Below, in pieces: positions 1 to 10,072 of a DNA stretch of 64,000 bases (its first letter is position 1; each line of letters starts with the position of its first letter). The notes under the pieces are model-generated. The model worked only from the letters and a program-made list of their open reading frames with translations. It searched no databases and was not told the origin of the DNA. The stretch lies in NCBI GenBank assembly GCA_035623825.1, contig DASPSR010000061.1, positions 8,953 through 72,952 on the forward strand, given 5' to 3'. A program made the position numbers and the translations under genes. The stretch comes from Nitrospirota bacterium. Its GTDB lineage: Bacteria; Nitrospirota; UBA9217.

Positions 1-243
1 GGGATCGATATCGGAGATCTCGATGTGCTGTCCGACATCATGCGGAATACAGGCCTTGATGCAGCGATGTTAAAGAATGCCATCAGTAGCAGTACCTATA
101 CATCTCGGCTGCTGCAAGCGCAGCAGGATGCATCTCAGGCCGGCATCACCGGAGTGCCTACCTTTGTAATAGCCGGCAAACGTACAATCGTCGGAGCCCA
201 ACCACTCGACGTTTTCCGGAAGGCTCTCGGAAAAAGTTCCTGA
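1..243 (+). CDS. DsbA/FrnE-family oxidoreductase, C-terminal part (5' truncated)
   Basis: Open frame from base 1 (GIDIGDLDVL...); C-terminal GITGVPTFVI...GAQP motif typical of the FrnE/DsbA thioredoxin fold. Confidence 0.75.
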   Translation, partial: GIDIGDLDVLSDIMRNTGLDAAMLKNAISSSTYTSRLLQAQQDASQAGITGVPTFVIAGKRTIVGAQPLDVFRKALGKSS

Positions 244-419
244 GATCATGAGCCGGATGATGATATTTGATGTTGGGCCTGATCGCAAGGAAGATGCCGG
301 CCTGTAAGTCCCGTTGCAGCGGGTTTTTTAAAGCTTGCGTATATTTACAATACATTAGTATTATATTTATAGGGTCACGATAAATGCATCTTTCATTATA
401 AATATCGCAATGTTTTGCC

Positions 420-448
420 TTGACGAATGGTATCTGCCGAGATAACAT
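420..448 (+). promoter_or_regulatory. Putative sigma70 promoter of aor
   Basis: TTGACG-17 bp-TAACAT in an AT-rich intergenic region 60 bp upstream of the start. Confidence 0.4.
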
Positions 449-509
449 TACAGCATATTGACTCATTCGTCATGTTGGAGAAACGCCTTGAAGAATGGGA
501 GGAGGCATT

Positions 510-2246
510 ATGGATAAGATTCTAAGAATCGATGTGGGAGCCGAAGGCGGCCCCAAGGTGACAGCGGTTCCGGTTGGCGATTATGCAGGATTGGGGGGCA
601 GGGCACTTACGTCAGCGATCGTCTCCAGGGAGGTTCCGCCGCTCTGTCATGCGTTGGGAGGCGAGAACAAGCTCGTCATCGCTCCCGGACTTCTGAGCGG
701 TTCGGCCGGCGCCATGTCTGGCCGGATTTCCGTCGGCTGTAAAAGCCCGCTCACCGGAGGCATCAAGGAGGCCAACTCCGGCGGACAGCCTTCCCAGGTT
801 CTGGCCAAGCTTGGCTACAATGCCATTGTGCTCGAAGGGAAGCCGACGAGCAACGACCTCTATAAGGTCTTCATCAACAAGGATGGGGTCAAGATCTCCA
901 AGGATAACAGCCTCAGGATGCTCACGAACTACGATCTCATTGACAAGATGAAAAAGGAATACGGCGACAAGATAGCGTGCATCTCGATCGGTCCTGCCGG
1001 CGAGATGAAGATGTGTGCCGCATCGATTGCTTTTACCGACATAGAGCTGCGGCCGACCCGCCATGCCGGCCGCGGCGGCGTGGGTGCGGTCATGGGCGCA
1101 AAGAACGTCAAGGTCATCGTCCTCGATTCTACCGGCATGCCGACGCGGGCCCCTAAGGACCAACAGAAGTTCCAGGATGCCAACAAGAGGTTCGTCGATG
1201 GCCTCAAGAAACACCCTGTCACCGGCCAAGGCCTCCCCGCCTACGGAACCAACGTGCTTACGAACATCCTGAACGAAGTGGGGGGCTATCCCACCTATAA
1301 CTTCAAGCAGGGCCGTTTCGACGGCGCAGCGAAGATCAGCGGCGAGACTCAGGCGGAAACCGAGACGAAGCGCGGCGGCCTCGCGACCCACGGATGTCAC
1401 CGCGGCTGCGTCATCCAGTGTTCCGGCGTGTTCAACGACAAGGACGGTCACTACCTTACGAAACAACCCGAGTACGAAACCGTCTGGGCCCACGGAGGCA
1501 ATTGCGGCATCAGCGACCTGGACAAAATCGCCATGATGGACTTTCTCGATGACAATTACGGTCTGGATACCATAGAAATGGGCGCGACGATCGCAGTGGC
1601 GATGGAAGCGGGCCTCGCCAAGTTCGGCGATGCCGACGCGGCCATCAATCTCATACACGAGGCCGGCAAGGGCACGCACCTCGGCAGGATCCTTGGCAGC
1701 GGGGCCGCCGTGACGGGCAAGGCCTTCGGTGTCGAGAGGGTCCCGGTGGTCAAGGGACAGGCAATGCCGGCATACGATCCGCGTGCGGTCCAGGGCATCG
1801 GTGTCACCTACGCTACGAGCCCCATGGGAGCGGACCACACCGCGGGATACGCGGTTGCCCAGAACGTCCTGAAGGTGGGCGGCGATGTGAACGCCCTCAA
1901 GCCAGAAGGACAGATAGAACTTTCGAGGAACCTCCAGATCGCCACCGCGGCAATAGACTCGACCGGCATGTGCCTCTTCATAGCCTTCGCGGTTCTCGAC
2001 CAGCCCGACACCTTCCAGGCTTTGCTCGACATGTTGAACGCTTTCTACGGGCTGAACCTGACGGGAGACGGCGTGACCGATCTGGGGAAGAAGGTCCTTA
2101 AGATGGAGCGGGACTTCAATGCCCGCGCCGGCTTCACTCCGCAGCATGACCGGTTGCCGAGCTACTTCAAGACAGAAAAATTCGCGCCGCACAACGTCAC
2201 CTTCGGCGTCAAGGACGAGGATCTTGACAAGGTCTTCAACTGGTAA
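510..2246 (+). CDS. aor: Tungsten-dependent aldehyde:ferredoxin oxidoreductase
   Basis: KSPLTGGIKEANSGG, GRGGVGAVMG, Fe-S motif CHRGCVIQC, EYET, GLDTIEMG, DSTGMC; GGAGG RBS before ATG 510. Confidence 0.92.
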   Translation: MDKILRIDVGAEGGPKVTAVPVGDYAGLGGRALTSAIVSREVPPLCHALGGENKLVIAPGLLSGSAGAMSGRISVGCKSPLTGGIKEANSGGQPSQVLAKLGYNAIVLEGKPTSNDLYKVFINKDGVKISKDNSLRMLTNYDLIDKMKKEYGDKIACISIGPAGEMKMCAASIAFTDIELRPTRHAGRGGVGAVMGAKNVKVIVLDSTGMPTRAPKDQQKFQDANKRFVDGLKKHPVTGQGLPAYGTNVLTNILNEVGGYPTYNFKQGRFDGAAKISGETQAETETKRGGLATHGCHRGCVIQCSGVFNDKDGHYLTKQPEYETVWAHGGNCGISDLDKIAMMDFLDDNYGLDTIEMGATIAVAMEAGLAKFGDADAAINLIHEAGKGTHLGRILGSGAAVTGKAFGVERVPVVKGQAMPAYDPRAVQGIGVTYATSPMGADHTAGYAVAQNVLKVGGDVNALKPEGQIELSRNLQIATAAIDSTGMCLFIAFAVLDQPDTFQALLDMLNAFYGLNLTGDGVTDLGKKVLKMERDFNARAGFTPQHDRLPSYFKTEKFAPHNVTFGVKDEDLDKVFNW

Positions 2247-2264
2247 CTGGAACCATACGGATCG

Positions 2265-2297
2265 AAAAAGGAGAGACGCCGGGTCTCTCCTTTTTTT
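2265..2297 (+). terminator. Rho-independent terminator after aor
   Basis: AAAAAGGAGAGAC-gccgg-GTCTCTCCTTTTT hairpin followed by a T run. Confidence 0.8.
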
Positions 2298-2377
2298 ATT
2301 TCTCCTTCAGGCACGCCGGATGCGTGTTGAGCTCGCCCTAACAACAATTCATACTTCGAATGGCGCAGTGAGGCGAT

Positions 2378-3016
2378 ATGAGCATAACCGTAAAGAATTC
2401 TGATGAGATCGAAGCTTATCCCCGTCTTGCATTCGTCGTGGCTGAGCCGCTGGTCTCGCGTTTTTTTCTGCTGCTTCAGCAGGGGGTAATGATCCGGGTT
2501 CGGACCGGCTGCAGCGTTGAAGCTTTCCTGCGGGAAGAGATCAAGGCCACCCCGGAAACCATCGAAAAGATTCAGTCGATAGTGCTTGACGGAAGGCCGG
2601 TCGATGACATCGGCTCAGCTGTGCTGCACGACGGCTCGACGCTGGCTCTCTCTGCCGCAATGCCCGGACTGGTAGGGGCCACTCTGAGGCGGGGAGGGAC
2701 TTATTCATCGTTTCGCGGCGCGATCACGTATCACGAATCAGGGCAGGCATGCACGCCGGGAGAGGGGTGGGTGAGTATAAAGCTCTTCAATCTTTTGATG
2801 GCAGAACTGGGAACTGGTCTATTGCAGAAAGGTGTTCTGCTCAGCTCTTCCGATTTTCTCGGCTTCCTAGCCGAGCGAGCGCATGAGTTCCGGCAGGGAT
2901 GCAGCGTCACCCTGAATGGCAGGTCAATCGATGTCGGGATGCTGGGGAGTGACGCAGGGTTGGGAAGGGAAGGCAAGGTCCTTCTTTCGGTATCTTCGGG
3001 GCCGGCGGAGGCATGA
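2378..3016 (+). CDS. Hypothetical protein with an internal MoaD/ubiquitin-like segment
   Basis: 212 aa, GAGG RBS; segment IVLDGRPVDD...VLHDGSTLALSAAMPG resembles the MoaD beta-grasp C-terminal half. Confidence 0.7.
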   Translation: MSITVKNSDEIEAYPRLAFVVAEPLVSRFFLLLQQGVMIRVRTGCSVEAFLREEIKATPETIEKIQSIVLDGRPVDDIGSAVLHDGSTLALSAAMPGLVGATLRRGGTYSSFRGAITYHESGQACTPGEGWVSIKLFNLLMAELGTGLLQKGVLLSSSDFLGFLAERAHEFRQGCSVTLNGRSIDVGMLGSDAGLGREGKVLLSVSSGPAEA

Positions 3017-3025
3017 CATCAGAAG

Positions 3026-3250
3026 TTATCCTCCGGCAATCGGGGGGAAGAGCGCGAGTTCATCTCCGTCCTTAAGGACATAATCTCCGGGACGATGCTC
3101 CCCGTTTACGATCCTGAGAAGCCTAATCGTCCCGGGGAGGCGCAGGGCACTTATGACGTCATCAACGGCCGTGCCTTCGGGGAATGCGGCCACCTGTTCA
3201 TCAGGGCCGAATTGTCGCAGCACCGCAAAAAGCCGGATCGTAATGTTCAT
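3026..3250 (-). CDS. moaD: MoaD/ThiS-family sulfur carrier protein
   Basis: 74 aa MNITIRLFAVLR...LKDGDELALFPPIAGG ending in diglycine; start reassigned to ATG 3250. Confidence 0.9.
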   Translation of the reverse strand: MNITIRLFAVLRQFGPDEQVAAFPEGTAVDDVISALRLPGTIRLLRIVNGEHRPGDYVLKDGDELALFPPIAGG

Positions 3251-3371
3251 AAGTAACAGTATACCAGACTTACCAAGGCTCCCGGATGCATACCGTGCGA
3301 ACTTGCTGAAAAAAGGTATGCATATGACCGGCATCATACCGGCTCCCGGCCAGGCCGGGTAGAATAGAAGC

Positions 3372-4661
3372 ATGGCGTCCAGAGAATATCCCTCCAAACT
3401 GTTTGTCGAAGTGACCACCCTGTGCAACCTCCAGTGCGGCATGTGCGTAAAGCAGAGCGGCATTGGCGGGATTCCCGAGGGCATGATGTCGCCGGAGACT
3501 TTCGAGCGATTGAGCCCCGTCTTTCCACATCTTGATTCTCTCGTGTTGAACGGCATCGGCGAGCCCCTGCTCCATCCGCACTTGGAAACGTTCATTGCAA
3601 GAGCGCGGTCCCTCCTTCAGGAGCAAGCCGTGGTCGGATTTCAGTCGAACGGCATGATGTTGAACGATCAACGGGCCGCGTCGCTTGTCGGCGCGGGGCT
3701 TGACCGCATCTGCCTCTCTCTCGACACAGTGTCCGATAACAGTTTCCGCTCCATCAGGACAGGCGGGGAAATGCAGGGTATCGTGGCAGCGTTCGCGAGT
3801 TTGAACAAAGCCAAGTCGCGGCGCGGGAGAAGCGACCTAAAGATCGGGATTGAATTCGTGCTGATGCGTGATAATCTCGCCGAGCTGCCCGAAGCAATCC
3901 GCTGGGCCGGCAGGGCAGGCGCAAGTTTCGCCATCGTTACCCAGCTGCTTCCTTACGACGGAGAACTGGTCGTGCAGACAGCCTATGACACCAATACAAC
4001 CGCCGCCATCGCCATCTATGAAAAGTGGAAGACAAAGGCTTCGAAGGAAGGCCTTGATATCCGCCGGTATCTCGAAGTTTTCATGAAGGTCGTCAAGACC
4101 GCGGAGGAAGAGCGGATCATCGGTTTTGTCGAGAAGATGAGGAATGACGCAGAGGCACAGGGCGTAACCCTCCATGTAGAACGGCTGCTAAAGCGAGACG
4201 AGGAATGGTTCGCTGACGCCGCCAGTGTTTTCGATGAGGCGCGCCGGGCCGCCCGGGAGGGAGGAGTCGAACTGACGCTGCCCGGCATGGCACCACGGAA
4301 TACGAGAAAATGCGAGTTCGTAGAGGGGAAAAGCGCGTTCGTTTCATGGGACGGCAATTTGCATCCCTGCTACTTCCTCTGGCACCGCTACTCCTGCTAT
4401 GTTGGAGGAATCGAAAAGCGTGTGAAACCGTGGGTCATCGGCAGCCTGCACGATCGAGACATTACTACCATCTGGAACGATGAGGGCTCCCGCTTGTTCA
4501 GGGAGCGCGTACTCGGATACCGGTTCCCGTTCTGTTTTGACTGCGGTTTCGCGCTTTGCGATTATGTCGGTGAAGCGGACTTTGAGCAGGATTGTTATAT
4601 CGAACAGGTCCCCTGTGGATCCTGTCTCTGGTGTACCGGCTTGTTTCACTGCCTCCAGTAA
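3372..4661 (+). CDS. Radical SAM/SPASM protein, putative metalloenzyme maturase
   Basis: CNLQCGMC (CxxxCxxC), GIGEPLLHP, and a Cys-rich SPASM C-terminus (CEF...HPC...CFDC...C...CGSCLWC). Confidence 0.85.
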   Translation: MASREYPSKLFVEVTTLCNLQCGMCVKQSGIGGIPEGMMSPETFERLSPVFPHLDSLVLNGIGEPLLHPHLETFIARARSLLQEQAVVGFQSNGMMLNDQRAASLVGAGLDRICLSLDTVSDNSFRSIRTGGEMQGIVAAFASLNKAKSRRGRSDLKIGIEFVLMRDNLAELPEAIRWAGRAGASFAIVTQLLPYDGELVVQTAYDTNTTAAIAIYEKWKTKASKEGLDIRRYLEVFMKVVKTAEEERIIGFVEKMRNDAEAQGVTLHVERLLKRDEEWFADAASVFDEARRAAREGGVELTLPGMAPRNTRKCEFVEGKSAFVSWDGNLHPCYFLWHRYSCYVGGIEKRVKPWVIGSLHDRDITTIWNDEGSRLFRERVLGYRFPFCFDCGFALCDYVGEADFEQDCYIEQVPCGSCLWCTGLFHCLQ

Positions 4662-4790
4662 TTGACTGGTAAAGACCGTTTTGTGCACCTCGGTCATCTT
4701 TTCGGCCAGTACATCTTCGGACCGCCGCCACAGAAGCTTAAGCCATCATCGCATATGATATAATGAGAAAAGTTCGGACAATGGCAGGAG

Positions 4791-5303
4791 ATGGGCGTCA
4801 TGCCGGAATCATCCAACGAAAGCAAGGCATCTGGCCGCAGGGATCCCGGCCTTGAGATTTCACTGGAATCCATAGCCTCGCAGATTCGGGCCACCGATGG
4901 GAAGGACATCCCGTTCAGAAGGGCGATTCTTACGGTAGGTAATCGCAGCGTGACGGATGTCGTCGACCTGACGATTCACGCCTCGCTCGGTCAGGAGGGC
5001 GGAACGATCCATGATGTGTCTCCTGTATTCGCAGGGGCCGCTTCGTCAGTTCCTCCCGGCGGTAGTATCCGATGGGATGTGTACGATCTTTTGATCCCGG
5101 CTCACCCCGGGACAGCCAGCAAGGTCCACATGTTCGGGTATCGGGCGGCACTGAACTGGAGATTCGACCTCGCCGTTTGGGCCGAATACCGCCTATCGGG
5201 ATCCATCAGCCGGGTGCAGCTTGCTGAAGCGCGATGGGCATTGCGATGGAGCGTTACAGATCCTTCTACCGGCGCAGTGGGGCTGACCATCGATGTGACG
5301 TAA
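4791..5303 (+). CDS. Hypothetical protein
   Basis: 170-aa ORF fitting between neighbours; no recognised motif. Confidence 0.5.
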   Translation: MGVMPESSNESKASGRRDPGLEISLESIASQIRATDGKDIPFRRAILTVGNRSVTDVVDLTIHASLGQEGGTIHDVSPVFAGAASSVPPGGSIRWDVYDLLIPAHPGTASKVHMFGYRAALNWRFDLAVWAEYRLSGSISRVQLAEARWALRWSVTDPSTGAVGLTIDVT

Positions 5304-5414
5304 AGGCCCGATGTTTCACCACCAACCAGATCTGGTCCCTCTTCGGCTCCTCTCTCAATCGAACCTGAAGTTTCGGTGCAATAGATGCTCAACACCGTTG
5401 ATATAGCTGAGAAC

Positions 5415-6704
5415 ATGACTAAAAACCGTAGACACCCCGCTGGATTGTATGTACTCTTTTTTACTGAAATGTGGGAGCGTTTCTCCTACTACGGAATGAG
5501 GTCTCTCCTGGTCTACTACATGATTAAACACCTGCAGTTCACGCAGGAACGGTCGTCCCAGATTTACGGGCTTTATACAGGGTTTGTCTACTTCACCCCC
5601 CTTTTTGGCGGCATGCTTGCGGACCGAGTCCTTGGACAAAGACGGACGGTCATATTGGGAGGGGTGCTCATGGCTATCGGACATTTTCTGATGGCCGTCG
5701 AAAGCTTGTTCTTTCCCGCGCTCATGTTCCTCATACTCGGAAATGGCGCATTCAAGCCGAATATCTCTACGCAGGTTGGAGCGTTGTACCCTCAAGGAGA
5801 CCATCGGCGCGACCGCGCGTTCAGCATTTTTTACATGGGAATAAATCTTGGCGCGTTCTTTTCGCCTCTCGTGTGCGGAACACTCGGGGAAAAGATCGCT
5901 TATCACTGGGGCTTTGGCGCTGCCGGCGTCGGCATGGTGACCGGACTCCTCATATACCTCTGGGGCCAGAAGCACCTTGCACCCGATCTCATCATGCAGC
6001 AAAAGGGACACAATGGACAGAAGTCTTCGGAACCGATGACGCACGGAGACTGGCTGAGGATCTGCGCAATCTTCGTTATGATGACCCTGAGCATCATTTT
6101 CTGGAGTGTTTACGAACAGCAGGGCAACACAATGGCCCTCTGGGCCGACGTAAACACGGACCGGTTGTTCTTCGGCTGGGAGATGCCGGCCTCGTGGTTT
6201 CAATCGTTCAACCCGCTCATGATCTTCATTTTAGTCCCGGCGCTGAACATGTTCTGGGGCTGGCAGGACCGCCTTGGAAAGGAACCTTCGAGCGTCGCCA
6301 AGATGGGGATTGGCTGCATCCTCCTTGCTGCGGCATTCTTGATCCTGATCCCGCCCGCCAGGGAACTGGCGATCACTCCCAAGGCAAGCATCTGGTGGTT
6401 GACGTCATGCGCATTCGTGCTCACAGTAGGCGAAATCTATCTTTCCCCGATAGGCCTGTCGCTTGTGACCAAAATCGCTCCCATCCGGATCGTCTCAATG
6501 ATGATGGGTGTCTGGTTTCTGTCGAGCTTTTTCGGCAACTACCTGTCGGGATATCTGGGAACGTTCTGGGAGAAAATGTCCAAAGCGAATTTCTTCCTGC
6601 TGATGTTCACCCTGTCATTCGCCACGGGCCTGGCGTTTTTTGCTCTCCTAAGGCCGCTAAAAAAAGCAATCGGATACGGCAAACAGAAATCCATGGAGGT
6701 GTGA
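5415..6704 (+). CDS. POT/PTR-family proton-dependent oligopeptide transporter (MFS)
   Basis: EMWERFSYYG (ExxERFxYY) and FSIFYMGINLGAF motifs; many hydrophobic helices. Confidence 0.93.
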   Translation: MTKNRRHPAGLYVLFFTEMWERFSYYGMRSLLVYYMIKHLQFTQERSSQIYGLYTGFVYFTPLFGGMLADRVLGQRRTVILGGVLMAIGHFLMAVESLFFPALMFLILGNGAFKPNISTQVGALYPQGDHRRDRAFSIFYMGINLGAFFSPLVCGTLGEKIAYHWGFGAAGVGMVTGLLIYLWGQKHLAPDLIMQQKGHNGQKSSEPMTHGDWLRICAIFVMMTLSIIFWSVYEQQGNTMALWADVNTDRLFFGWEMPASWFQSFNPLMIFILVPALNMFWGWQDRLGKEPSSVAKMGIGCILLAAAFLILIPPARELAITPKASIWWLTSCAFVLTVGEIYLSPIGLSLVTKIAPIRIVSMMMGVWFLSSFFGNYLSGYLGTFWEKMSKANFFLLMFTLSFATGLAFFALLRPLKKAIGYGKQKSMEV

Positions 6705-7084
6705 TGCCGAAGAGGGGAACAGATGGGCGGATCACATCGCCTTGCGCGACAAATTCTATTTAGAAACAACTATCAAAAATATAAAGTTTATCATTAATTA
6801 ATGCTATCTAATTACCTGAAATATAATAATATTAATATTCTTAATTATCCTGAAAATAGCCATAAATATTAGCAGAGTAAAAAATGTTTTATCAGTTATC
6901 GTGGAGTTACAATGTATTGTGGGTTGCAAACCGTATTTTTGTATTCTCTCCGGACTGCACAGGACATCGTGGAACTTGCGGTTCTGGACCTAGCATATTT
7001 CGCAGTACCCATGGGAGCGAATGATGGTCAGTATTCAGCTCAGCTGCTTGTGTCGTATGCAGATTGTCTATTTTGAGAGAAGCT

Positions 7085-7114
7085 TTGACATGCTTCTGCA
7101 AAGAGAGGTAAAAT
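7085..7114 (+). promoter_or_regulatory. Putative sigma70 promoter
   Basis: TTGACA-18 bp-TAAAAT upstream of ORF 7139. Confidence 0.45.
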
Positions 7115-7138
7115 ATAGTGTCTTAAGCAGGAGCGAGC

Positions 7139-7324
7139 ATGCATTATAAAAAAACCATTGATCAAAGCGGCTCTGGTAAAGAGTATAAGACGGCGGAAGG
7201 TCCCAAGAGGGCATCAAATGACGACGCCTGCAGGTGTCAAGAAGTTTCGGAAATGGGACCGAAGCAGCTTTTCAAGCTCATGATAAGTGACTTGACGTTT
7301 TGGAAAAAAAAGAAAAGCGGATGA
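7139..7324 (+). CDS. Small hypothetical protein
   Basis: 61 aa with AGGAG RBS and an upstream promoter. Confidence 0.5.
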   Translation: MHYKKTIDQSGSGKEYKTAEGPKRASNDDACRCQEVSEMGPKQLFKLMISDLTFWKKKKSG

Positions 7325-7389
7325 TGGGGATTGCGGTGTCTCTTTTAAAGCTTGACCTCGAAAACGACATTCTGAACGGAGGATGATGA

Positions 7390-7995
7390 ATGGGATATAA
7401 ACAGCAATTCCAGCCTCTTACAAGGGAAGATAGGATAACTGTTGTTCTATACCGCATGGGCATTTTTCTGTCCTCTATTATCATATCCGCAATGGCATAT
7501 CTTTTGACGACGGTAGCTTCAAATGCCAGCGCTGCCGCTATCGGCGCGTCAGGTGACATCCTTGCCTACGGGCTCTATGCATCCGTGGGCATGAGCGTGT
7601 TCTTCATTCATCTCTATGTAGTCAAGCTCAAAAAATACCTAAAGAACCTATATTACATCAGCCTAGGTTGTCTTGTCGCACTTCTTTTCATCGGCGGCGG
7701 GTTCCTGTCAGAAGCGATCGGGCGCGAACCGTATGGACCTCTTCTCCTACTGCCGATTTCCGGATGTCTGGGATTTGTGACAGCAAAGGAGGCTTTCTGC
7801 TTCCAGCTCTTCGAGGGCTATATCCTTGCCATGATCATGCCGCTCTACCTGCTGCTAATCTCGGGAAGAATCCTCCTTGGACGGGGTGCGGCCTACGGCC
7901 TGATCCTCATTGCAGTAATGCTTGTCATTTTCACGCTGCGAAAAGTGTTCATGCCACTCACCTATGATATTGGCGATAAATCCGCCTATCGCTAA
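7390..7995 (+). CDS. DUF2301-like integral membrane protein
   Basis: Several TM helices; AKEAFCF and C-terminal DIGDKS motifs. Confidence 0.7.
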   Translation: MGYKQQFQPLTREDRITVVLYRMGIFLSSIIISAMAYLLTTVASNASAAAIGASGDILAYGLYASVGMSVFFIHLYVVKLKKYLKNLYYISLGCLVALLFIGGGFLSEAIGREPYGPLLLLPISGCLGFVTAKEAFCFQLFEGYILAMIMPLYLLLISGRILLGRGAAYGLILIAVMLVIFTLRKVFMPLTYDIGDKSAYR

Positions 7996-8375
7996 AACTG
8001 ATTAATCTTCACAAGCTGATCCTGCGATTTGAAAATATTCATTCTGACCTGATTATATTCTGCTTAAGGATTATAAGCCAAAGTCTGCGGTAACTTTCGC
8101 CATCTAACCTTCGCAAGAAACTGTACGTCACATGGCATGATGCAGAAACACAGGAGACAGACTGAAATATTCAATGTGCTATGCAGTGACCGCGAAGAGA
8201 ATTTTGGGTGGTATCGGAAGGGGTATGCTGATCTTACTCATGAGGTTCTTCCATCGCTGGGTAGTAGTGTTTACCAGCAAAAATAACAGTTTTGGTGAAA
8301 TATCAGTTTATGGTCATCCGCAGACGAGACTGCCAGCTCGAAAATGACAATATATGATTTCACAAAAAGACGATA

Positions 8376-8840
8376 TTATTGTTTTGTATAAGTCAGCCTC
8401 AGGAAAGCTGCGCGGTCGCTGCAGGGGTCGTGGAAAAGATTAAACGTAAGTGCATTGCCGCTTATGGAGTACGTATAAGAACCGCTTGTGGTTTCCCCCG
8501 TGGTCCCGTTGATGCAGGAATCGAAATCGGTCATTAGTATCACGTTTCCGCTCATCGTAAAACTTCCCCGAACTGCCGGCATGCCAGGAAGATTTAAATC
8601 GCGCGAATAAGTGTTGTCTGCTTTAAATGTAAGGTTATATCCTCCGTTAACCCACGTGCCGGCAAGTGGATTCAGAGGAGCTGTTGTATATGTATTAGAC
8701 CTGCTTTCTTCACCGACGGGGTTCTGTGGAATCGTGTTCGAACCGGAGTTGCCGCTTCCGCCGCTTCCGCATGCAAGTAGGGAAGTCATAAAGAAAGAAC
8801 ATGATAGCAACGATAACACGCTTTTGATTCTCATTCTCAT
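8376..8840 (-). CDS. Putative lipoprotein with a beta-barrel (lipocalin-like) domain
   Basis: Lipobox LLAC followed by a Gly/Ser linker; LAGTW and beta-strand-rich C-terminus with two Cys. Confidence 0.6.
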   Translation of the reverse strand: MRMRIKSVLSLLSCSFFMTSLLACGSGGSGNSGSNTIPQNPVGEESRSNTYTTAPLNPLAGTWVNGGYNLTFKADNTYSRDLNLPGMPAVRGSFTMSGNVILMTDFDSCINGTTGETTSGSYTYSISGNALTFNLFHDPCSDRAAFLRLTYTKQ

Positions 8841-9014
8841 TGGATCCCCCTCTTATAAATCGGATATTCATCTTGCTGACGACGCTGCATAGGGGCTGTG
8901 AGAACATTATCCATGTGTCAAGAGCAATAATATCACCTATATATCCGTCCGGTTCCCACCAGAGTCCAGCCCTAGAAGTGAGACTGAGAAAGTAGAGACT
9001 GAGTTTGATGGTTA

Positions 9015-9069
9015 TATGTATCAGCCGTCTGTTACAAGTCGTTTAAAACAATGTTAAATTTTGATGAAA
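9015..9069 (-). promoter_or_regulatory. Pho-box-like direct-repeat array upstream of the lipoprotein gene
   Basis: Minus-strand heptamers TTTCATC, TTTAACA, TTTAAAC, TGTAACA at 11-bp period (plus-strand starts 9063, 9052, 9041, 9030); -10 weak (TACATA). Confidence 0.55.
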
Positions 9070-9256
9070 TTATTCAAGATATGAGTTTCTCTCTGGGGAG
9101 TTTAGCTTGGGTGATGAAAAGCGCTTCAACACACTTCAAGAACATCTGGGCTTTTGGACGGTCGTGTGGAATGAGGCTGTCACGATGTGAACAACAGACG
9201 CATCGAAGAGCGGAGCATACCCTGAAACAGCCACAGGACAGTATTTGTCCCTTTCA

Positions 9257-9706
9257 TTAATCCCGTCCCTGGTCGTTATCCTGAGGTTGTACCTGCGGTG
9301 GCTTCCCTTTTTTTCGTTGGTTCAGGTAGGCTGCAATCATAGGGAAATCAGCAGCAACCCAATCGAGTGACGGTAGCTCGATTGGCGACATCCAGAGATG
9401 TGCTTTGTGCTCGTGAAGCGAGATTTCCCCTGATACTATGGCGCAGATGAAGGGGTACAGAATCACGGAAAAATTAGGATAATCATGGCTTACGGTAGGC
9501 AATGGCCGGACGATTTCTATCTGCAGATTCAGTTCTTCAGCCACCTCACGGACAACGCAATGCTCAGGCCGTTCGCCCCGGTGGATCTTTCCGCCGGGAA
9601 ACTCCCATTTGAGAGGCAGATTCATGCGCTCGCTTCTCTGGACGGCGAGGATCTTTTCATTCTGCTCTATAATCGCGCAGGCAACCCGCATGGTTTTTCT
9701 AGACAT
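9257..9706 (-). CDS. mutT: MutT-like Nudix (deoxy)nucleoside triphosphate pyrophosphohydrolase
   Basis: KWEFPGGKI...E...CVVREVAEELN Nudix box. Confidence 0.85.
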   Translation of the reverse strand: MSRKTMRVACAIIEQNEKILAVQRSERMNLPLKWEFPGGKIHRGERPEHCVVREVAEELNLQIEIVRPLPTVSHDYPNFSVILYPFICAIVSGEISLHEHKAHLWMSPIELPSLDWVAADFPMIAAYLNQRKKGKPPQVQPQDNDQGRD

Positions 9707-9994
9707 GTTCTCTTATTCCATAATATCGAGCATGGATCTTTTTATGGCGCACGATTTCCTCGGTATTTATGTGATAACTTATCCATCTCAAGGCAACGAG
9801 ATTTGGCCAACCGGAATCGTTTCCAAGGTTCCACAAATTTTCGTGCAATAAGGAGACAGACGAGTTTCCGTTTTTTGAAAAAGTCTGATACATCACATCA
9901 ATCCTTGATCCGAGCCTAAAAGTATGCGACAGATGGTTTACATGACACGGTGATGTTTCCGGCCAATTGAGGCTAGCCCTCCTTCCATAAGATG

Positions 9995-10023
9995 TTGACA
10001 CCGCTTGGCCTACACGTTACAAT
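9995..10023 (+). promoter_or_regulatory. Near-consensus sigma70 promoter
   Basis: TTGACA-17 bp-TACAAT. Confidence 0.6.
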
Positions 10024-10072
10024 AAAGACATGGTTGAGTAAAAATCCTGGGTCGAGAGGTGGATGCGCGGGT

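Noticed and set aside
612-2192. 526-aa minus-strand ORF and similar long antisense ORFs (5355-6203, 18202-18903, 19553-20203, 35007-35900, 54392-55069)
   Set aside because: They are shadows of well-supported genes on the opposite strand, with no motifs of their own.
3251-3595. N-terminal extension of the MoaD ORF in the track
   Set aside because: Overlaps the radical SAM gene; the MoaD fold begins at ATG 3250.
6760-6910. AT-rich stretch with palindromes (CATTAATTAATG, AATATTAATATT) and a TAATTA(T)CCTGAAA repeat
   Set aside because: Such matches are expected in very AT-rich DNA; no DnaA-box array or assignable operator.
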